Below the pieces are notes generated by a model that saw nothing but the letters and a program-made list of their open reading frames with translations, was not told the DNA's origin and ran no database searches. A DNA stretch of 44,929 bases, the filler included, from Catajapyx aquilonaris (Eukaryota): NCBI GenBank assembly GCA_000934665.2. It is 2 parts of 2 records of this genome, joined end to end, with 100 filler letters (N's around TTAATTAATTAA, not from the genome) between each part and the next. Parts side by side here need not be neighbours in the genome. Positions count along the whole stretch, not along the records: positions 22,524 to 44,929 come from JYFJ02005868.1; 1 more part is not named here. One strand, written 5' to 3'. Each line of letters starts with the position of its first letter. Position 1 is the stretch's first letter. The position numbers and the translations under genes were made by a program. Below are positions 36,362 through 44,929 of the stretch, piece after piece.

Positions 36362-38174
36362 TATTGGTACATAAGTTTTTTTTCCGATCCCTATTTTTTT
36401 AAGCTGAGTTGACAACCTATAACATCTTGGTTCACTATCTTGTCTTATTTAGTAGTTATGTGTATGTACTAATAATTGTAGCGATTTTTCATGCATGTAT
36501 TTTTTCATTATGTTGTAGGCCTATTTGATATTTTTCACCTTCAAATTTGACCTGGGGGAATGTTTCTGTTAATTTGGATTGTTTTATTATGTAATATAGC
36601 CTACTTGAATGTGACTTGGGATATGAACTTTCCATAACTGTCAATTGAATCTTTGATGTTACATCATTTAGTTTATTAATTGTTGGTTCCACATACAAAG
36701 AACAAAACAGTGGTAAAGGCCAAAATTTATATTCTCATAATTTTGAAAATTTGAGGAGCCAACTGTGCAGTTGCTTGGCATGATACAACATGGGTGTTGT
36801 AACTTTTTTTGTATTACATGGTAATAGTAATTTAACTACCTGATGCAAACACTGTGCACATCTCCAAGTGATTGTTGCTTGTATCATATTTGAATTTGTG
36901 AACTAATTCAGGATTTTGTGACGAGAAAAAGCATCTTACTTAAATACATAATGACTTGTCTCATGCAGCATAGCACATCTTCATTGAAAATTTATTTTAC
37001 AATATATTGGAGCACCAATTAGTTTGATTGGTTGTACGAGGGCAGACAGGGTGCATAATAATTATCCCATGTTTATAGCCTATCATGTAGAAGAAGATTT
37101 TAAACTTCCCTGGATTACTTCAAGAATGACTTGTTCAATTTGATGATTTTGTGTATATATTGGATATTGCTTGGCCGGATGCGAATGATAAATTTTCCAT
37201 AATTTTTGGAACAATGTACCGTGAATTTTTATAAAGGGGTGATTGGAGTTATTTTGAGTATGCATGGAGAATTTATTGGCTATAGTCGTTGGGAATTCCT
37301 TTTGTTTCCGGCATTTGTGTAAATTTATATTTGTGGAACCATGCACACCTCCAATCTAATTTGAAGTTGCAATCATTTGTGTCTACGGGATCGAGCCATG
37401 GGAGGACAACGTTGCCATGAGTTGTCCCGTATGCGCAAATGGCGAATCTAGTTTTGTTGATTTGTTAAAAACTGAATATTGTTTGACATCATACTTTTTG
37501 GAACTATATAGTTCCAAAAACATACTGCATTTTCACTTTTATTTTTGCTACCGTGCTTAGGGCAATTTGCTGTTGTTAATTTCATTTACAGTATTTGGAT
37601 GATTGACCAGATGATTGACTATGAGAATACATGTTGTTTGCCCTGCCCCAATATTTTATGGGGTAACCCTTATCCACTTCATTTTTTTGTTTGTGCATGT
37701 GTGTGTGTTGCCTGTTCCTGTGTACTTTGATGCCTTGGTATAAACTATTTTGCACACTCAGTTTTTTTAAGATGACAACTATTTGATTGTCCTCCTGTGT
37801 GACTCACAGAGTCACAGTGCCCTAGTGAACTTCATGTGGTCCTTAGTTGGCACAATGCCCACCGGTCTGTAGTGGCTGATAGTGATTGTTTGGGTGCATC
37901 TACGTGTGTGAACTTCACTATATGGACAGGCCTCAGTCGGCGGTCTGACCTTTGCCCTGGGGTTGTCTGTGATCAAGGTGGGTCACCATCTTTTAGCGGC
38001 CCGGGGGAGTGTCACCCTAAGTCTGGGCATGGCAGGCAATCGACTATGGGGTGGAAGCCACACATGAATTATACATACTAATAATTTTTCATATCCCGTT
38101 ATCAGCCATCGGCTCTTTAGGGGGGAAGTTTGTTTTGCCTGGAACTCTTCGCTTTCATTTTACTGTGCTCTTTG

Positions 38175-38360
38175 GGATAGGATAGGGACGGAAGGAAGCG
38201 GCTGTGGCCTATTAATTACGGAAGCAACTCCGGAATTTCCCTGGAAGGACCGTGGGAAACCACAGAAAACCACAGTCAGAGTTGCCGGCCCCGGGATTCG
38301 AACCCAGGACCTCCCAATTAGCAGTCGGACCCCTTATCCACTATGCCAACCTGCTTCGGT
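38175..38360 (-). mobile_element. tRNA-derived SINE, second family
   Basis: Minus strand: A box TGGCATAGTGG, B box GGTTCGAATCC, then body GTGGTTTTCTGTGGTTTCCC...AGGCCACAGCCGCTTCCTTCC; no closing acceptor stem. Confidence 0.75.
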
Positions 38361-38805
38361 GAATTATACATGTATGGTATACATGAGTATAAATAGACTG
38401 ATGGGCAGATAAACAGGAGGAGAAGAAACAAGCCAGAGGAAGGAGAAACAAGAGAGGCAGGCTGCCGGATTGGTCTGGAACTGGAGTGAGGACCAGAAGG
38501 ATGATCATAGGAGAGTGATGGGAAGTCCTGGGCATCAGAGTGGACAGGGCAGGAAGCTCATATAATTATGTAGGCCTATCACTTAGAATTACGAATTAAA
38601 TGAGAAAATCGAATAAAGTGAGTAGTTATTTGGGGGGAGATCCCTATGGAACTGAAGATCCCTTACCTCATATTAAGCCTTTTGGAGGTGATGGATGATG
38701 GGAGTAATTAAAAGGTAACCATACAGGGTGTAACAAGACCCCATGCAGAAATTTTAAAGGGGGGTAGGGGACCCCAAAACAAACATTTTTGACCAATGAA
38801 CCCAC

Positions 38806-39189
38806 CCTCTAAAAAAATCACAAATTCACTTAAATCGATTACTGCGGTTAGTGTCTGTTAGTAACAGTTTTGTGGTTGCTGTTACTCTACAGGAGCGTTG
38901 TCATGGTAGTGTTGACAATTAAGTACAGTACTGTAGTAGTAGGCTGTGTACAAGTGGCTGGAGGACACCTTGAGCAGCTCCTTTGATTGAAGGTTAGGTC
39001 CAATAAAGGTGGTGGTGGTTTCATGTCAGCGTTCATTGATTTGTGGTGGTGACTACCTTTTACAGTACTGTATTTAATTGTCAACACTACCATGACAATG
39101 CTACTGTAGAGTAGCAACAACCACATAACTGTTACTACAGGCACTAACCAGTTATCGATTTAAGTGAATTTCCTGATATTTTTAGAGGG
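38806..39189. repeat. Fold-back inverted repeat with about 130-bp imperfect arms, probable MITE interior
   Basis: 38806-38934 pairs with 39061-39189; a TA|CAGGGTGT mariner-like end lies just upstream near 38724. Confidence 0.75.
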
Positions 39190-39622
39190 AACAAACCTTT
39201 CGCTTGCGTCAATGGGTCGTGACCCGCGCCTAAGGAGGCGTCTTGGCAACCTGACCTCCTGGGGGACTGCACCTGGCCCACCGCTGGACAATGCACCTGC
39301 ACATGCGTCCCCTCCCTAAATCCCCAACCCTTACCCTATTTCCTAGTAATCCTTGCACCGGTGTCTGAAGAAAAAAATAATTATTAGAAAACTGTATGGT
39401 GGTCTGCCACCCCCCTATAACGACCAAGTGTTGTATCACGGGGTAAAAAAAAAACTTATATCCTATTAGAAAGTACACTTTTGAAAGCAAAATGAAGGAC
39501 ACTATGTGTCCAAGAAAATGGCTGACTATTAACAATGATCTGTCCTACAAGTAAATATTTTTGTTTCTGTAAAGCTATCCATTAACCCTTGTACTGTCGA
39601 CTCCAGATATAACAACCTCCAA

Positions 39623-39799
39623 GGGGTTATTCACTTATACATTTCTTGCATACACGGACTACCCTTGGACTATTTGGACTACCCCTCGGAATACCCTCGG
39701 ACTCTTCAGACTACCCTTCAGAATACCCGGACTACCCCTCAGCCTACCCCTCGGACTACCCACGAAGGTGTACACGGACTACCCTTAGTGAATAACCCC
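39623..39799. mobile_element. Small TIR element filled with GGACTACCC repeats
   Basis: GGGGTTATTCACT ... AGTGAATAACCCC perfect 13-bp inverted pair around about ten degenerate GGACTACCC units. Confidence 0.65.
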
Positions 39800-40463
39800 C
39801 CGACAGCCTCCGCTATAAGAGACTCGGTTATTCTCCTCGATCCCCACGTATTGCTTGCAATACACATGTTTCCAATTTCATTTACGCCGCATTATCAAAG
39901 GCAGCTCCCGGAAAAAGTGATTACATCCATTAAACTTGACCAATATAATCCTTCAAATACTCAGCATTGATAACAGCAATATTACTATACTTGCAATTGC
40001 ATACTTGTCCACATAAATGATAAATAAAAATCATCCCAATTATGCAACAAAATGCGGTAAATCAGGCATTTTATTTTCATTCCAACTTCATCATTAATAA
40101 TTTCATGTTGGGCACTTGACTAGGAGTTCTAGTAGCAGAACGGTATGCATATACATGCAAGATTCACAGGCAATTAGCATGTAAACATATGCCACAGCGG
40201 GGACTGGAATATAAGATGTCAACAGAATGATGTACAAAACAACTTCTCATGATATCAAATACTAAGGTTCAATAAATTATTCTGCCTCAACAAAAAATGA
40301 TTTGTTTCAGAATTTTTTTTATTGAAGTTTGTTATGATTGTAGTGAGAAATTTGCGGACCTTGAGTATCTTCCTCATAGCCTGTAGAGCAATCTTCTATA
40401 CTTTACCCCTGTACCCCTATGTAACCTGCAGACTGCAGTACTGTAGTTGTTGCAGGTGAAAAA

Positions 40464-41036
40464 TTACTTTTGGCATGAATTGTATTGGGCGTAATTGCGA
40501 TCCACTACTTTGTCCACAATGGCCATCCTGACTCGCATGTAGAACCACAGCAAGCATCCGGACAGCACTCCGACGGATGGACCCACCAGACCGCCAATGC
40601 CCTCTCCCAGGATGTGGGTTCCGACGAAGTAGCCAATGCAGGTGAGGGACACCAGGAGCATCAGGTAGCACATCTGGACGCACACTTTCTTCCCAGTGCA
40701 GGGCAGGAATCCGACTTTGTGCAAGGCTCGGACTGGGATGTCCGGGTAGTGGATGCAGATCCGAGCTCTTGGCGTGATGAATGGCCTGGAGGCTGGAGGC
40801 TCGGCCTGTTGGGTTCCAGCGTTGTCCTGGAAAGCTACAAAAATGTCGTAACCTATAAGTATATGCACTTAACAAGAAATTAATTCCAGCCCCAGTGAGT
40901 AATGAACATTGCACTCACACTTTGTCTTTAGCAGGGCCATCTCGGTTGGGTTTGACTTCTTGATCAGCATCCCAGCCTCTTCGGCGGAGCTCATCTTCAG
41001 CTGTGCGTTCTGACCAGGCTTGACGGACTGCTCCAT
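40464..41036 (-). CDS. Uncharacterised 162-aa protein with two C-terminal hydrophobic segments (exons 41036-40919, 40834-40464)
   Basis: Donor GTGAGT (phase 1) and TTTTTGTAG acceptor join MEQSVKPG...LLKTK-S-FQDNAG...MCYLMLLVSLTCIGYFVGTHILGEGIGGLVGPSVGVLSGCLLWFYM...SCQK*. GC-rich island; minus-strand AATAAA at 40323-40318. Confidence 0.65.
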
Positions 41037-41323
41037 TGAGATGTGTTTTGCCGAAACTTGCAAGTAAGCAGGAATTGTTTGGGCCTGATTGTACCACTAC
41101 TTACTGACTGCGTGTGCTGATAGCACAAGTCTGGAGAGATAATTGACCTTAACGTCTGGGAAAGAATTTGTCTGGTGGGTGAGCTCATCAGATGTGGCTG
41201 GTTTGGATGATAAAAATCCAGTGGCTCCTACTTTTTACAACAGGACTGAGTCATATGACAGGACTGAGTCAAGTCTAATTTTTTCCCTTATTCAGGTTAC
41301 ATCCTTCAATCCTCTGCCATGTA

Positions 41324-41424
41324 CAGGGTGATCCAAAAGTTCTGCACACATAGGTAATAACATTGTTGGTTGACGTTCTGGTCAACCAACAATATTACCT
41401 ATGTGTCACTTTTGGGTCACCCTG
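41324..41424. mobile_element. Miniature mariner-type hairpin MITE
   Basis: TA|CAGGGTGATCCAAAAGT ... ACTTTTGGGTCACCCTG|TA; almost wholly palindromic. Confidence 0.75.
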
Positions 41425-42367
41425 TACTACAACGTGTCGATAATGTTATGCTATTTTTGCAGAATTTTTCCAGCTGTTACAGCGTACAACTCCGTGGATA
41501 GCGCAAACATTGTTCAAGGCCTCTTCTACTGAAAACGCTAGTCGCATGGTGCAATTCTTGGTAATGACACTCATACGCATACCAAAGATGTGGGAGATGT
41601 GTTGTTCGTTCCAGCCGACATCTCTCAGTGGTACTGGAGGAGCATGCTTCACATTACTTGGGTGCTCATGTCTCTGAATTACACTGGCAATGAGCAATGA
41701 GAATGAGAACGTCTTGGTCTACACCAAGAACATAGTGTTTTAGTTATATCATGTCTACTGGAGAGATGCCATGACCGCTTCAAGTTGATCACTATTAAAG
41801 TGAAGTCAAGGTTTTAGGATTTGTAAATGAATTATTAATAATTATCATTACAATTACTTTGTATCAATCATGAAAACATTTATTTTGTGAAAGCTACAAT
41901 AAACCTGTTGTCACTTCTGCTAAAATGACATGCCTATAGCCCGCGATAGCCTGTCAAAAATTAATGCCTTATGAAATGATGCTATCGCTGCAATAATATA
42001 TCTGCTCATGGACACCTTCCTCTCAGTTCTGTTTGGCATTATGACACATGCTTCTAAGATTTTAAAATATACCGTATATAATCACACTGACATTACTGCA
42101 GAAAATTCCAAAAACCCTCTTGACATATCAGGGATATGTCAATGTCTTCCGTGTATCTTGGGGAGGTGGATCCTTACCGCCTTACACGCAAGCAGCACCT
42201 GCCAATGGACGACTGGTTAGAATGGAAGTCAGATATTTTGCAGACGTTCTATTGTAACTCTGCAAGCACCACTAATTGAGTACAATAATTGTCCTCAATT
42301 AGTGCTGCGCAACCGATCAGCATTTACGTGGTTTACCAAGGGTTTACCAAGGGTTACGTGGTTTACC

Positions 42368-42994
42368 AGGGCTGCTGGGAAAAAGGGCCTCATCGCAAAA
42401 TTGTCGAAATTGAGTTAGTGCTGCCATCTTGTAGCATTATGCATGGAGTATATCTTCCACTGACTGGTGTCTGCAAAATGGGCCTCATTGCCGTAATACG
42501 CCAAGTTGAAATATTGGGGAGACCGGGAAAAAGGGCCCCATTGCATAGGTTTTCCAGCAAGAAGGGCCTCATTTATCCGAAAGGAGGCCCTTCTTCCCGG
42601 GAGAAATTCGTGTGCAGTGCATTATTTTAAGAACTGTGGATATTATCACATATTATACAGTTTCAGTCAATAAAGGGTCAATAAAGAGCAATGAGTCTGC
42701 ATCGTTTCAATATTATTACTTATCTGCCCAGATTTGTCTGAAATCCTGAGAAAAAGGGCCTCATTACTTGTTCCGAAGAAAAAGGGCCTCATTGCAAGAA
42801 GATATTAATTTTTTTGAAGCACTTCGAGCAGTTGTTTGCCAATGTGTCATTGTTAATAAATGTGGAATACATCAACCTACATGTGGGATTTTTCTCATCC
42901 CTGAATATAAAAGAAATGAAGTGAGCAAAAACACATTTCCCTCTTTCCCTAAGTTCCACAGATTTGCGATGAGGCCCTTTTTCCCAGCAGCCCT
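42368..42994. mobile_element. Non-autonomous TIR element with internal AAAAGGGCCTCATT repeats
   Basis: AGGGCTGCTGGGAAAAAGGGCCTCATCGCAAA and exact reverse complement at the other end; no clear TSD. Confidence 0.75.
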
Positions 42995-43104
42995 TCTTTA
43001 TTGTCACATCACAGTACATGATTTCAGATTACAGAATTGAAAATTTTGTGAGCCTCGTCAGGTCTGCTACATTACTCCTATAAGTGACTGCATGATAAAA
43101 CTGA

Positions 43105-44263
43105 TTACATGACCCGTGCTGGTATATGTTGCTTAGTATAGTACAGCTGATAAGTCCCCACATAAACAATCTCCAGGTCATCCTTGGTCGCCGCTAGAAT
43201 CTTCAACTCGGATTCAGTCAAGTTCAGACTCTCACTTCTCGAGTGGAACTTGACATGTTTCAGACTCCTGCACCTTTTGGCCACATCCATCAGACCGCTG
43301 AAGCTTGCACAAGTCTGGATCAGGATGAGCTTGACCAGTGAAAGGCAGTTTTGGGACACGAGGAACAGATGGTGATCGTCCAGTGTGGACGATCCGTGGA
43401 CAGTGAGCACCTCCAGGTGCGGGAACCTTTGCTTTTGGAACAGAGAGGTCAGTGCTGTGTGACTTGGAAGGTTCTCTTCGAAGGTGTGGAGGAGGAGGTG
43501 CAGCTCCCGAAGGTTCTTCTGCTTTTGGACCCCGACTCGCAAGAAAGTGTCGAACATCGGGTTCACAAAGCACGTGTAGAGAAACTCCAGTCTCTGCTTC
43601 GACAAGGCCACCATTGTCGATTCTTCCCGCACTTGGCCAAGCACGTATAGTTGACGGAGTTGGCCGTTGGAGCCAGCCATCAGCTCCTTCAGCTCTTCAT
43701 CGCAGTTTTGAGGACGATACATCAACGCCTGGGTGAGGCTGGGAAACCTCGGGGTGAAGAGAAGCGGAGTGAGCTCGCACCACGTCATAGGCTTTCAGGC
43801 TGAAAGAACGAAGCTGCAGGCAACCTGAGAATATTTCTACTGGGTTCCTCATGGTATGGGCACACGACAGGTTGAGGTTGACGGTGACCTCGCGCAGGTT
43901 GGTGCATCTTCTGGCTACTCTCTTCATTGCTATTACATCTAAGGTCTTTATCCCCAGTACCTCCAGTCCTTCCAGTCCACTCCAGCAATGAGCGACTGCC
44001 TCCAGGACAAGGGGGTGTTCTGTGAAAAAGTATTGCAGACACAGCTTATTGGGCTGTGGAGCCATCCGAACCACTTCTGCTGCTTCTTCGTCCGTCATCT
44101 TCTGACCGTCCAGCACCACATTCCTCCAGAGACTGTGGTCCAGGACCAGCCTGCTCCATTCCAGGCAGACTCGACTAGACCGCAGCCTGTCTCGTGGCTC
44201 CAGATACGAAAAGATGAGGAGCTTGAGCTCATCAGGCAAGCCAGGGAACGACCCAGTTGCAAT
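43105..44263 (-). CDS. F-box/LRR-repeat protein, main exon with a 1-nt frameshift near 43794 (5' exon not identified)
   Basis: F-box LPDELKLLIFSYLEPRDRLRSSRVCLEWSRLVLDHSLW followed by LRR-like units (RCTNLREV, GCLQLRSF, NCLSLVKL, RCRSLKHV). Deleting one A in CTG AAA GCC fuses the two ORFs (..FSLKPMTWCEL..). No in-frame ATG upstream; acceptors precede 44263 and 44323. Confidence 0.85.
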
Positions 44264-44423
44264 CTGAAAGGAACCAGGGACTGGATCAGCACCGGGACCA
44301 GATATGCACCCATGACATGACCTCTGAAAAGTTGTTGCAATCGGAGAAGGAAATATGTTCAGCCACTACGGTATAAGACCTGAAGCTCCTACCTCTTCCT
44401 GACAAGTCTCTCTTGGAGGCTAT

Positions 44424-44557
44424 TTTGAGCTTCAGGTCTGCTACATTACTCCTGGAAGTGGCTGTACTCCTATATACTTATACTACACTACTATATACCT
44501 ATACTACTTGGGAGTAGAGCCACTTCCAGGAGTAAGGTAGCAGACCTGAAGCTCAAA
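44424..44557. repeat. Hairpin with about 47-bp arms
   Basis: TTTGAGCTTCAGGTCTGCTACATTACTCCTGGAAGTGGCTGTACTCC pairs with 44511-44557 (two mismatches); loop is (TAC/TATAC)-rich. Confidence 0.85.
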
Positions 44558-44929
44558 CCCTTACGGAAATTTTAAGGTTGTAGTGAGGTTGTATGCAGGT
44601 TGCAAGACCAGGTCGTATGGAGGTTGGAAATAGGTTGTTTTCACGAGGTTGCAGGAGGTTGTTTTGTTTCACAGACAACTACAACAGGTTGCAGCTGGCA
44701 ACCTCATTCAGAGGTTGTTCTTTACAACCTTGGGTTGTAATATGTAACTTATGGTTGTTTTAGGAGCTTGCAATGAGGTTTCATATTGCAACCTCATATG
44801 TTGCAGATTACAACTATAGGTTGTAATTTCCAACATTATTCAGAGGTTGTTCTGTACAACTTTGGGTTGTAATATGTAACTTGTGGTTGTTTTAGGAGCT
44901 TGCAATGAGGTTGCATATTGCAACCCCAT
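44558..44929. repeat. AGGTTG/CAACC-rich tandem repeat with 132-bp period, probably the end of a TIR element
   Basis: 44706-44797 repeats at 44838-44929; dense AGGTTG subrepeats from 44577; runs off the window. Confidence 0.75.

Noticed and set aside
37836..38081. GC-richer island that might be a structured ncRNA
   Set aside because: No RNase P/MRP, SRP or snRNA signature that I could identify.
38285..38355. tRNA-like sequence (GCT anticodon loop) on the minus strand
   Set aside because: Poor acceptor stem, no long variable arm, and followed by a SINE body; treated as a SINE head.
41463..41700. Possible plus-strand terminal exon with downstream AATAAA
   Set aside because: No recognisable peptide and no upstream exon identified.

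Overview
Eukaryotic (insect-like arthropod) nuclear DNA from a draft assembly; it has a 100-nt artificial gap linker at 22424-22523. Four gene models are supported. (1) A compact + strand gene, absent from the ORF track, encoding a 92-aa secreted single-granulin peptide (CDS 1665-2087; TATA/Inr, 5' non-coding exon, polyA signal). (2) A - strand cAMP-dependent protein kinase type I regulatory subunit (six coding exons, 11058-4720). I could not find its canonical dimerization/docking exon, but there is a candidate alternative first exon starting MGNKSS (21012-20782). (3) A two-exon protein with two predicted transmembrane segments and no family I recognise (41036-40464). (4) An F-box/LRR coding exon with a 1-nt frameshift (44263-43105). 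The rest is rich in transposon relics: hAT, Tc1/mariner and pogo MITEs; Harbinger-like, RTE-like and Academ-like fragments; a decayed Helitron with nested insertions; tRNA-derived SINEs; and a MER2/Tigger3-like element. There is also a mitochondrial nad5 NUMT and a ~7.4-kb nested inverted duplication (27990-35430). All calls were made by eye; no database searches were run.
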